The notes under the pieces were generated by a model. The model worked only from the letters and a program-made list of their open reading frames with translations. It did not search any database and was not told where the DNA came from. From NCBI RefSeq assembly GCF_006345805.1, contig NW_021835606.1, forward strand, positions 1 through 26,424: a stretch of 26,424 nucleotides of DNA, read 5' to 3'. Source of the stretch: Octopus sinensis (lineage: Eukaryota). Positions 9,865-20,422 of the stretch are shown here, piece after piece (the stretch's first letter is position 1; the number at the start of each line of letters is the position of its first letter). The position numbers and the translations under genes are program-made.

Positions 9865-10130
9865 CATCATTAACATCATCAACGTCATCATCATCATCAT
9901 CATCATTATCATCATCATTATCACTATAGTCGTCGTTGCTCTCATTTAATTGTCCACTTTTCCATACTTCCGTTGGTTGCATAGAATCCATTGAGGTGAA
10001 TATTTTACAGCTGGATACTCTTCCTGTTGCCAATACTCACCGGTTTTCCAATTAAGGTAATGTTTCCTCTCCATGGGCATGGGAAGTATGTAATCATGGA
10101 AGATAGCAAATGAAAGACATAATGTTGATG
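9865..10130 (-). mobile_element. RTE-like 3' tail with (ATC)n
   Basis: (ATC)n then GTCCACTTTCCATAC..TTTACAGCTGGATACTCTTCCTGTTGCCAA, as in 20782-20920. Confidence 0.6.
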
Positions 10131-10219
10131 TCTTTTCACAGGGAAACATTTGCACACCCATCCAACTACACACTCATACTTACACCCACCTTATATATAT
10201 ATATATTTATATATATATA

Positions 10220-10384
10220 GGAGCAGGAGTGGCTGTGTGGTAAGTAGCTAGCTTACCAACCACATGGTTCCAGGTTCAGTCCCACTGAGTGGCACCTTGG
10301 GCAAGTGTCTTCTACTATGGCCTCGGGCTGACCAAAGCCTTGTGAATGGATTTGGTAGATGAAAACTGAAAGAAACCCATTGTA

Positions 10385-10437
<53 letters not shown>

Positions 10438-10689
10438 ATATATATGTGTGTATATATATATATGTATATATGTATATATGTTTGTGTGTCTGTTTGTCTT
10501 CCCCACCATTGCTCAACAAACGATGCTGGTGTGTTTACGTCCCTGTAACTTAGCGGTTCGGCAAAAGAGACCGATAGAGTAAGTACTAGGTTTACAAAGA
10601 ATAAGTCCTGAGGTCGATTTGCTCAACTAAAGGCAGTGCTCCTGCATGGCCACAGTCAAATGACTGAAACAAGTAAAAGAGTAAAGAGT
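10220..10689 (+). mobile_element. Full-length tRNA-derived SINE family A (CORE-like, internal TA/TG microsatellite)
   Basis: A box TGGCTGTGTGG, B box GGTTCAGTCCC, CORE-like ACCTTGGGCAAGT, tail (GTAAAAGA)n. Confidence 0.92.
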
Positions 10690-10744
10690 TTGCATGAAAT
10701 CAAAATGTGAGACAGTAACACATACATACACACACACATGGTAG

Positions 10745-10850
10745 GACTTTTTTAGTTTCCATCTATCAGATCCACTCACAAGGTTTTGGCCGGCCTGAGA
10801 ATATAGCAGAAGATGATTGCATTTGGTGCTGTGCAGTGGAATTGAACTTA
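10745..10850 (-). mobile_element. Diverged SINE family A, 5' half
   Basis: TTTAGTTTCCATCTATCAGATCCACTCACAAGGTTTTGGCCGGCC matches the reverse complement of the family A body. Confidence 0.65.
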
Positions 10851-10932
10851 ATATGTATGAGGTGTAGGGATGGATGTTTGATTAAGAAGTTTGACCATAA
10901 CTGGCCAGGGGCTACAGAGCAACAACAACAGT

Positions 10933-11310
10933 GGAGGCATAATGGCCCAGTGGTTAGGGCAGCAGACTCATGGTCGGAGGATCGCTGTTTCGATTCCCAG
11001 ACCGGGCGTTGTGTGTGTTTATTGAACGAAAACACCTAAAGCTCCATGAGACTTTGGCAGGGGGTAGTAGCGACCCCTGTTGTACTCTTTCGCCCCAACT
11101 TTCTCTCACTCTTTCTTCCTGTTTCTTGTCCCCGACTTCCTACGCAACTGCTGAGCCTAGATGTGCATTCATCCATCTGTCGATGCTCTCGGTGTCGGGG
11201 GTTGACCTGCTTTCTCTTCTGCGGGTCTTACAAATAGCGAAGAACCACATTTTGGACTCTCCCATTAATGGGACAAAGACTGCTTCACTCAACAAACAAA
11301 CAAACAAACA
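10933..11310 (+). mobile_element. tRNA-derived SINE (family D) with (AAAC)n tail
   Basis: A box TGGCCCAGTGG, B box GTTTCGATTCC. Putative TSD AGCAACAACAACA (10918-10930) / AGCAATAACAACA (11311-11323). Confidence 0.75.
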
Positions 11311-11425
11311 AGCAATAACAACAATCAGCTGAAGAAGCTTCAGCACTGTCTCCTCAACAACACCCACCCTCTCCACATAATACATGATGCAACAGTTTAT
11401 TAATTAATTTCGTCTTGCATTCCAG

Positions 11426-11611
11426 GAATTATGACGAGGAAGATTTTGGTAAAATTCCTTCTCTGTTTCCAAGATCCTAACATTAGTATACGTGCTGAGA
11501 CATGTACGGCATGCTGCAGACTGAAGATTGCAGAACCAAGAATTCTGAAGCAGTTGATTGCAGTGGCATCACAGGATCCAATTTGGAAAATTAGGAAGTT
11601 GGCAATAGAAG
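11426..11611 (+). CDS. HEATR4: Internal coding exon (phase 1-1, 186 nt) of HEAT repeat-containing protein 4-like gene
   Basis: Acceptor TTGCATTCCAG|GA and donor GAAG|GTAAGA. Translation (G)IMTRKILVKFLLCFQDPNISIRAETCTACCRLKIAEPRILKQLIAVASQDPIWKIRKLAIE aligns without gaps to my recollection of human HEATR4 (MTAKLLPSFLHCFSDD..VR..C.A..L.I..DPYWKIKAFAIRAL). Needs BLASTP confirmation. Confidence 0.8.
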
Positions 11612-11654
11612 GTAAGAGCATGTCAATACGTTTGTCAGTTTTGTCTGATCCTTG

Positions 11655-11995
11655 AGTGTACTTACATCCCGACCAAATGGTTCTGAGTTCAGTCCCACTC
11701 TGTGGCATCTTGATCAGGTCTCTTCTACTTTTACCCTTGGGCGGATCAAAGGCCTTGTGCATGGATTTGGTGGATGGAAACTGAAAGAAGTGCATAGTAT
11801 ATGTGTGTGTATTTGTCTCCATCCCCAGCACTAGATAACCAGTATTGCCATGTTTACATCCCTGTAACTCAGCTGTGTGGCAAAAGAGATTGATAGAACC
11901 AGTCTTAAAAAATAAAGTTCTGAGGTCAATTCGTTGGTCTAAAAATTCTCCAGGGTGGTGCCTCAGTATAATCTAATGACCAAAATAAGTAATAC
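11655..11995 (+). mobile_element. Old diverged SINE family A copy
   Basis: GGTTCTGAGTTCAGTCCCACT..GGATTTGGTGGATGGAAACTGAAAGAAG..GGCAAAAGAGATTGATAGAA. Confidence 0.75.
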
Positions 11996-12029
11996 ACACA
12001 CACACACACACAAACATATATATATATAT

Positions 12030-12390
12030 ATATATAAGGGAGATACAAACCAGATACAGAAACGAAATATATATATATATATATATAAATAAATCCAAAA
12101 AATGGAACAAGAATGCAACAGAGGACAATAAAACATCTGGACATATACACAATGCGAAAACAAACAGGTAAAAACAAGGATGGGTCATTCGCAGCCTTCT
12201 TTCATCAGTCAAGTTACCAAATTATCCTAACAGTTTCAGGCAATTACACTTGAGACTGTTCATATCTGGCTGCCCCCGAAAATCTAAGCTAAGAGCATTA
12301 AACTTTTTGGGAAAAAGCAAGTGAATGTGAACAACAATAGCAAAGACAAAAAACGGAGAACAGCAACATGCATACACTTTTGCTCACCTT
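12030..12390. mobile_element. Unclassified interspersed repeat
   Basis: Non-simple sequence between TA arrays that resembles an octopus repeat I recall. Class uncertain. Confidence 0.3.
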
Positions 12391-12602
12391 GTAAATATAC
12401 ATATATATATATACCTACATATATATATATATATATACCTACATACATATATATATATACCTACATATATATATATATATATATCATATGCATATATGTT
12501 TGTGTGTAAGTTGTGTATTTGTGTAATTCCAGTGGGTTTGACTTGTGTAAATATCAAATATAAACACTCCCATATTTACACAAGATCAGGTAATGGCCTA
12601 TA

Positions 12603-12646
<44 letters not shown>

Positions 12647-12907
12647 TGTGTGTGTGTGTGTTGTGTGTATGTATATATATGCACACACATATGCACAAAC
12701 AGTTTATATGGACAATTTTTCATGCATAAAATGTTTTGGGTGATGAACGGTGTCTTGAGTAATAGATACAGAAGCCAGCCATGATGGCTGGTGACAAGCT
12801 GCGAATATTAACAGAAGAACATCAGCTGGCGTCTGACTTCCATTCAGTGCACATCCTTTCTCAAATTTACCAGCCTTTCTCTTGAATTTCCAACTGGAAA
12901 TGCAATA

Positions 12908-13050
12908 CAGATTGGCACCAGTGACGATGTGACTCATTTCTGCAGCTGAATGAACAGGAGCAACATGACGTGCAGCTCAGTCCAGAAATCGAACTCACTA
13001 CCTCATGATTACGAGCCTGATACTCTAACCACTGAGCCATGCATCTTCAT
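12908..13050 (-). mobile_element. SINE family C, 5' portion
   Basis: TGGCACCAGTGACG..CTCATTTCTGCAGCTGAATGAAC..CGAACTCAC..CTCTAACCACTGAGCCATGC matches 20595-20753. Confidence 0.8.
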
Positions 13051-13084
13051 ACATGCACACATACACATATATATATATATATAT

Positions 13085-13228
13085 TCTTTTATTTATTTCA
13101 ATCATTTCACTGCAGCCATGCTGGAGCGCTGCCTATATATATATTCTATATATATATATATATGATTTGATTTGATTTTGATTTTTTCAGTTTCAGCTCA
13201 TGAGCGTGCCATGCTGGGGCACCGCCAT
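13085..13228 (-). mobile_element. Two short 3'-tip fragments: family A SINE tail (about 13085-13135) and CR1-type LINE tail (about 13165-13228)
   Basis: TTTCAATCATTTCACTGCAGCCATGCTGGAGCGCTGCC and TTTCAGCTCATGAGCGTGCCATGCTGGGGCACCGCC. Confidence 0.65.
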
Positions 13229-13374
13229 TTTAATATATAATATATAATTTAAATTAGAGATAAAATCATTATTAGGCAAATCAAACAGTGAAAGACATAA
13301 ACCAAAACAAAAAATAAATATAATTAATATAATTTTCATTTTTCATTTCATTTCATTTGGGTTTGAGTCCATGC

Positions 13375-16300
13375 TCAGGCCAAGTCGAAGACTCCACCCT
13401 CAGAGTCTGGTGTGGTTGCCAGGTTGTATTCTCTGCTTAAATTTGACATGTGTAGGAGCGAGTTTGAGTCAGTTTGTGTGCTCGTTGTGTATATCCTGGG
13501 AGATGGGGTTCATCTCTAATGGTGCTTAAGTATCTATCCAGTTGCAATTTGAATGATTCCACACTGCATCCTGATAGATTTCTGACATGTACCGGAATGG
13601 AGTTGAACAGTTGTGCTCCTCGAACCAACAGACTTGATTCTCGCAGGGTTTTTGCTGCCTGGCCAGCCTTTTTGTTGATTGGTGGCAGCTGGCAGCGTCT
13701 TCCGTGGCGCAGTGAGTGGTAGGTTTTGATACCAAAGTTTGGCACCTTCTGCTCTATCATTTTCCAAATGTATATAATTCGGTATCGCTCAAATCTTCTT
13801 TCTATTGAGTACATCCTCAAGGTTTTGAGTCTTTGCCAATAGTCCAGGTCCCTCGTTTCTGAGAAGTATGAGGTAAAATTTCTTTGGAGCGATTCTATCT
13901 TAGATAGTTGGCCCTTTGTTGTTGGTGACCACAACTGAGAACAGTAGTCAATCCTCGGAAGTATCATACTGTTCCAGAGGGTTTTCATTGTTGAGGTATC
14001 TCTTGATTTGAAGGTGCGCAAGATCCACCCGCTGTACTTTCTTGCAGTAAGACAGACTGAGTCAAGGTGTTCTCTGAATTTTAGGTTGGTTCCCATGTGG
14101 ATGCCTAAATCTTTCACATACTGTTTTTCCATTATTTGTTGTCCTGATGGGTTTCTGTAGTTTGTTGTATTTTTCAGATCTTGATCTGTTCCGTAGCGAA
14201 TTAGTTCAAACTTCTTATCATTGAACAACATGTTGTTTGTTTCCTGCCATTTATATATGGTGGTCAGGTCCTTTTGTAAGGCCTCTGTATCCACCTCGTC
14301 TTTGATTTGTCTCATGACCCTGGTGTCATCAGCAAAGGATGAGACGTTGCTGGTTGTATCTTCATCTATGTCAGAGATGAGGATGAGAACAGGATTGGGC
14401 CGAGTACTGTACCCTGAGGAACACTGCTGTCACAGGTGATGGTGTTGAATGGGTTCCATTCACAGTGACTGTTTGAGTTCTATTTGTAAGGAACTCGTTT
14501 ATCCATGTACCAACTTTTCCTCCTACTCCTAGCTTTCGAAGTTTGTGACCCAGGATGCCATGATCTACCTTGTCAAATGCCTTGGCAAAGTCGAGGTAGA
14601 TAACATCTGTGTTGTATCCATTCTCTAGATTTTCTAGGATTTGGTCATGGTGTGCCAGTAGTTGGGAAAGGCATGATCTACCTAACCTGAATCCATGCTG
14701 GTTGCAATTCATCAGATTGTTGGATTCCAGGAACTCAACCAGTTTTCCACGAACTATTCTTTCGAAGACCTTGATAATGTGTGATGTCAGTGAGATTGGT
14801 CGGTAGTTCTTTGGTTTTGATTTGCTATCCCCTTTATGTATTGGAGTTATGTGTGCTTCTTTATATGTATTTGGTATTTTGCCATTCTCCATAGATTCCC
14901 TCCATATCATGTAAAGGGGTTTCGAACAATTGTGCCTTGCAGTTTTTAAGTATCATGGCATTGAAACCGTCAGGCCCCGCAGCCGAGTGCATGGAGAGCT
15001 TGTCTATTGCTCTTGCTATGTCTTCTGGGTTGAAATCAATGTCGGATAGGGTAGGTTTAGTATGGTCGATATCCTTGAAGAATTTTCCTGGGTCATGGAT
15101 CTTCATGGTTTTAGATGGCTCACTGAAGACACTTTCATACTGTTGACCCAACATTTCTGCCATTTCAATAGGTTATTCACTACATCCCCATTTTGTCTCT
15201 GGAGAGGTCCTATTGTTGACTTGGTGTTCGAGTATTTCTTTGCAAAACTGTAGAAACATTTTGGATTTTCTTGATGTTTTCTATGGCTTTCTTTTCTGCA
15301 TTGCTACGTTCTTCATCATAGTGTTGTTTTAGATTGTCTTCTAATCTGTATATTTGGTCAAGGACTTTCTGTAATTCATGTTTTGATGTCAGCTTAGATG
15401 TTTTGTTTCTTAGTCTTGACCTTTTGCGCATCAGGATCTTTCGCTCCCGTGGTACAGGTTTTTTTGTGGACTTGGTTTTCTTTAGAGGAACATTTTTTTC
15501 ACATATTTCTTCGATCTTGTTTAAGAATTTCTTGTGTTTATCTGGCCCAGTAAGGTAGAGATCCCAGTCAATGATTTGTAACTGGTTGTTAATAGTTTCC
15601 CAATTTGCCTGGTGATAATCATACCTGCATAGCTTTGGCATGTCCTTTTGTTTAAGAGTTGTGGCATTGGGCTCATTACCAATGTGTAAATGCATTTCAA
15701 TAATATTGTGGTCTGAAAGGATTGTTGGGGTTGAGTGAAGGTCAAATAGCGTGTCCTCGTTGTTGGTGAAAACCAAGTCGATCGTATTATTATTTCTTGT
15801 TGCTTCTGTCATCATTTGTTTGAGGTATAATTTCTCTGTGACTTCCAACAGTTTGGCTGCCTGTATTTGTTCAGCTTTTGTCCCCAGTTTTAGTATGTGT
15901 CCATGTGGCCAGATGATGTTAGGGAAGTTGAAGTCACCAAGGAGGATAATGTCTGGCATTGGACTTGCCATGTTTCCCAGAATTTGTTGGAGCTTCGTCA
16001 GTGGCTCAGTGAAGGATAATGTTGGGCTGTTTGGCGGTCTGTACATTATTGTTACAACTGTATTAAGTTGGATGATTTTTATGCACACAGCAGGTTGCAG
16101 TAGGCATTTGATTCATTGACAAGTTCTATGCATGCATAGGTATCATGGATATACATGATAACGCCCCATGGGATCTGCCTTGTCTATCACATCTGAGATG
16201 TTGAATCTATTGATTGTGATTTCGCTGTTGCGGATGTTTTCGTTGAGATGACTTTCAGTAATTCCAATTATTTTGGAGTTGTTTTCTGTTGCTAATTCTT

Positions 16301-16380
16301 CCAAGAAAGGGACTTTACACTGTTTTGTTTTCGGATAAAGACCCTGGATATTTGCTGTTTATGCTTGTTGTACCGGATAC
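13375..16380 (-). pseudogene. LINE ORF2 (apurinic endonuclease + reverse transcriptase), frameshifted as assembled
   Basis: APE motifs: ANIQGL, GITESHL, LLGDFNFPNI, IDLVFTN, SDHNII. RT motifs: KNYRPISLTSH, QHGFR, DVIYLDFAKAFDKVDH, VPQGTVLGP, FADD. C-terminus: RGAQLFNSIP..FKLQLDRYL. About 10 small indels split it into the track ORFs. Confidence 0.93.
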
Positions 16381-16387
16381 ATCTGCC

Positions 16388-17305
16388 CTATTGTTGGCAA
16401 GACTGTTGTAGTTGCTGGGACTGTGCTGACTGGATATTGGTCTGCTGGGCTGTCTGTATTTGTTGTACGTGCCCTGTAAGTCCAGGTGTCAGCCTTTGTA
16501 TCAATGTTGCCTGGTTTTGCTGAGTCGTCTGTATGGAGTACAGCTGTTGTTGTAGTTGGTAGATTATGCCTAAAAAACTGCTTTCATTCATTACTATATC
16601 GAATTTCTGCGAGTTTGGGTTTGTTACAGCTGATGTATGCAATTGAGTAGCATGATTTTCATTCGCTGTTGAGCCATGACCTGGGTTCCGCATTTTTGGG
16701 AAATGGTTTTCATACCCTGCTGAGCCATGACCTGGTTTCCGCATTTTTGGGAAATGGTTTTCATACCCTGCTGAGCTTGGTCCTGGTGGTGTGGGTTCAG
16801 TAGTTTTTATGCGAATTGTACCCTTCCGGTGCATAAATTTGCAATTCTCACCAAAACATTCTTTTTTCTCAGCGAATTGCGGCACATCTTTGGGTGAAGG
16901 AGTTCACATTCTCGGCCATTTTGGCATCCTTTTTTTCGATCAGTACCGAAGTTGATATATGGTCTGCATGGTTTGGGGTGACTGTACATGCACCCTGTAC
17001 CTGAAAGACCATGTTTGCACTTGTTGCGCCTGTAATGGATACATACTGGCCTTCCTTCATTTGAGCGTTTGCTCTGGATCTGTTTCTTTTCGTGGGAAGT
17101 TTGGTCTTTTTTTTTCTGCAGGATCTCCTGTTTCTTGTTTTGTAGGTGTTTGCATGTCATTGTCTTCATTCTTGTCATTTACAAAGGCACTTGGATGGCC
17201 TGTGTGTGGCAGGATTTATTTGCCATGTCAGTTTCGCCAATCAATGTCTGTTTAGAACGGCCTGTCTGTGGTAGGGTCCTAGGTTCATTCGTTACAAGAT
17301 ATATA
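16388..17305 (-). pseudogene. LINE ORF1 with three CCCH zinc fingers and a Gln-rich C-terminus, frameshifted
   Basis: C-x7-C-x8-C-x3-H, C-x13-C-x5-C-x3-H and (after restoring one A near 16865) C-x8-C-x4-C-x3-H. Stop TAG at 16388-16390. Confidence 0.8.
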
Positions 17306-17507
17306 AAATATTAAATTTAAATTATTTAAATTTAAAATTTATATTTATAAATTTTTATACTTTTATATTTTTTGAATTTTAAATTTATAAATTTTTTAAC
17401 TTTTAATTTTTTAATTTTTCAATTTATTAATTTTTGTTTTTTAACTATCAAAAAGTATTAAAAAGTTTAATATAATATAATAAGTAAAATATATATATAC
17501 ATATATA

Positions 17508-17925
17508 GGCGCAGGAGTGGCTGTGTGGTAAGTAGCTTGCTAACCAACCACATGGTTCCGGGTTCAGTCCCACTGCGTGGCATCTTGGGCAAGTATCTTC
17601 TGCTATAGCCCCGGGCCGACCAATGCCTTGTGAGTGGATTTGGTAGACGGAAACTGAAAGAAGCCTATCGTATATATGTATATATATATATATATGTATG
17701 TATGCGTGTGTGTTTGTGTTTATCCCCCTAGTATTACTTGACATCCGATGCTGGTGTGTTTACATCCCCGTCACTTAGCGGTTCGGCAAAAAGAGACCAA
17801 TAGAATAAGTACTGGGCTTACAAAGAATAAGTCCCGGGGTCGATTTGCTCGACTAAAGGCGGTGCTCCAGCATGGCCACAGTCAAATGACTGAAACAAGT
17901 AAAAGAAAAGAAAGAAAAGAAAGAA
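17508..17925 (+). mobile_element. Full-length SINE family A
   Basis: Same head, CORE-like segment and tail as 10220-10689. Confidence 0.93.
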
Positions 17926-18178
17926 TACTGTATTTCAAATTATTAACGTTCTTACATCTTACTATTTCATTTAAAAACTACTCAACAAAATTTACACAGA
18001 ATGATAGCAACAGTTATATGCAGAGGGTGTATAAAAAATGTGAGGTTCCATAAAACAAAATGGTAACTTTGGCCATTTATTAAATTTATGTAAACTTGCA
18101 CTGCTTCAAATTATTAGTGAGGTGTAATTAAAACTCATGTAAACACGAAAATACCAATTTAATTGTTTCTTGTACATA

Positions 18179-18692
18179 CCGTGAATCCTTGAGTATAGTC
18201 CACTCTTGAGTATAATACGCAGGGGATTTTTAGGGGGCTATACCTCTGAAAAACCTAAACGTTGTTAATAATATGCCCCCTTCTCTAACTTGAGTCAAGG
18301 AGGTCTATATAACGTCCTTGGTTTGTAAAAATGTATACAGTAACGTCCTTTATTATTATTGTATATATAACATAGTGCAAACATGTAGCTTTTTTGTGCA
18401 TTTTGTTTGCAGAAAATAAAGAAATAACAATAATAACATTTAATAAATGTTGCTTACTGCAAGTTATGGATGATCCTTTTATGACTTCATTGCTTTCAGG
18501 CTTAGCTTAAGGTATTTTCGTGCCCGACATCACAAAATGCATCAGAATAAACATTGCCAGACAGCAAAAACGAGAAACTTGAACATTACTTAGAAAATAA
18601 TTTTCATTTTTAACCTCATGTATAATACACATTAGGGATTTTGACCTTTAAATTTTGGGAAGAAAATGCGGATTATACTCGAGGATTTACAG
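18179..18692. mobile_element. MITE of Tc1/mariner superfamily (pogo/Tc2-like TIR) nested in the Tc1 element
   Basis: TA-CCGTGAATCCTTGAGTATAGTCCAC versus reverse complement TA-CTGTAAATCCTCGAGTATAATCCGC (20/25 match). 514 bp, non-coding. Confidence 0.8.
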
Positions 18693-18749
18693 TATTGAAA
18701 TGAACATACGCACTCATAAACATGGAAGAATTAGAAATAAACAAATAGT

Positions 18750-20178
18750 GTTCAAAAATGATTGGTGAGCTGGTTAGTAAGGCCTTTGTTGAAATAAGTT
18801 GGAAAAGGCACTAGTTCATGGAACATGTTAATTTTTAAATTTCCTCTGATGTTATACCATGAGATACATCCACTATTACCAGCCACAGTTCAACCTTGCT
18901 CCCAAATTGGCATCCATTCTTGTAAACCTGTTGCTTTAGAATACTCCACATTTTCTATTGAGTTTAAGTTGGGAACAGGCAGGCCACATCATCTTCCAAG
19001 GTCCACAAAAGTCCAATTGTTGCAGATACTCTGTGGTTTTTTTTTTGTTGAGTGTGAGGATGGTTGTCTTGAAGGCGATCCTTTGCTTTTTTTAACCAAA
19101 GTTCACGATACTCCCTCAGAAAGACTATGCAAGCATCTGCAGCCATTTTAACACCGTCAGACACTTTCCAAGGATTATCCATAATGCCTCCAATAATACC
19201 TGCCCAAATTATGATGCCTCCTCCCCTTTGTTGGCATCACAAGCGTTGATGATGATCTCATCCATTTACAACCCATCCCCTTGCTCCAACCATCAGATCC
19301 ATGAAAGGTAGCACAAGTTTCGTCCATAAACAAAACTTTTGAAAAGTCGACCTTCATATTATCTTCTGCCCATTTCAGACAATTTTGTATAAAGGAGGTT
19401 TTTTTTTAACTGATGTCACTGGTTTACTGACATTTTGTCATATGATTACATTGGATAGTTTTGGATACACTTGTTTCGTCAATGCCCTTGAAAAGTTCTC
19501 CACTTGTAAGATCTGGGTTCTTTACTGATTTATGCTTAATTCCTGACAGAGAACATTGAGAAATAGCCCTTGAATGACCCCTGTCAACCTGCTTATGCAT
19601 CTTTATAGGAGCTGTAACAATTTTTTTCACAGTTTTTTTCACATAGGTGTAGGAGTGACTGTGTGGTAAGTAGCTTGCTTACCAACCACATGGTTCCAGG
19701 TTCAGTCTCACTGTGTGGCACCTTGGGCAAGTGTCTTCTACTATAGCCTAGGGCCAATCAAAGCCTTGCGAGTGGATTTGGTAGACGGAAACTGAAAGAA
19801 GCTTGTCATATATGAATATATATGTATGTATGTGTGTCTGTATATGTTTGTGTGTCTGTATTTGTCCCCCCTGACATCACTTGACAACCGATGCTGATTG
19901 TATTTATGTCCCCGTAACTTAGCAGTTCAGCAAAAGAGACCAATAGAATAAGTACTAGGCTTACAAAGAATAAGTCCTGGGGTCGATTTGCTCGACTAAA
20001 GGCAGTGCTCCAGCATGGCCGCAGTCAAATGACTGAAATAAGTACAAGAGTAAAAGAGTAAAAGAGTTTGGTGATACTTTCCAATCATTTTAGATATTTC
20101 TAATGTTGATTTACCTTTTGCAAGTTCAGAAGTAATTACAGGCTTCTCTGAAGCAGGTAAGTCACATCTGCAACCCAT
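18750..20178 (-). pseudogene. Tc1 transposase remnant, split by a SINE
   Basis: MGCRCDL..ITSELAKGKSTLEISKMIG | VKK..; WAEDNMKVDFSKVLFMDET; second Asp (QDNAP) region deleted; WPACS/PNLNSIEN/WSILKQQVY. Confidence 0.85.
19646..20067 (+). mobile_element. Full-length SINE family A inserted in the Tc1 transposase
   Basis: Family A head to tail. Transposase reading resumes on both sides. Confidence 0.93.
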
Positions 20179-20422
20179 AATTACATGATTATCAGATCAC
20201 TCGTTTATAATTTGGAAGACTGAAAGTTCGTGGAAATCATGGAAACGGTAACAGTTTGTTTACACTTGTGCAAAACTTCACATTTTTTCACACATCATGC
20301 ACATATAACTGTTACCATCATTCTTTGGAAACTTTGTTGAATCCCGACTAGTGGGTTTTGAATAAAAATTTAAAATGCTCCATAGTTAATAATTTGAAAT
20401 GCAGGGTATATATATTCGTATA

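Larger units (their letters stand above)
13333..17305 (-). mobile_element. CR1-group non-LTR retrotransposon (LINE), ~4 kb, probably 5'-truncated within ORF1, (AAATG)n tail
   Basis: ORF1 with CCCH fingers is followed by an APE endonuclease and RT ORF2. The tail reads CATTT repeats on + at 13333-13358. Confidence 0.92.
17974..20348 (-). mobile_element. Decayed Tc1-like DNA transposon (DD34E type) with ~70-bp imperfect TIRs
   Basis: TCAACAAAATTTACACAGAATGATAGCAACAGTTATATG (from 17982) aligns to the reverse complement of 20300-20340. TA is present at both ends, and a transposase remnant lies inside. Confidence 0.75.

Noticed and set aside
10220-10300. tRNA-like heads with A/B boxes (also 10933, 17508, 19646, 20680-20756, 21860-21934)
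   Set aside because: They continue into SINE bodies and tails and do not close a cloverleaf, so they are SINEs rather than tRNA genes.
12185-12215. Minus-strand CTGATGA...CGAAT as a hammerhead
   Set aside because: No paired stem II and GAAT instead of GAAA. At most a remote relic.
13300-13335. TSD for the 4-kb LINE (compared with 17300-17330)
   Set aside because: Only short AT-only matches, as expected by chance.
16671-16776. Direct repeats as a CRISPR-like array
   Set aside because: Two adjacent 51-bp units with no spacers, in frame within LINE ORF1, in a eukaryotic context.
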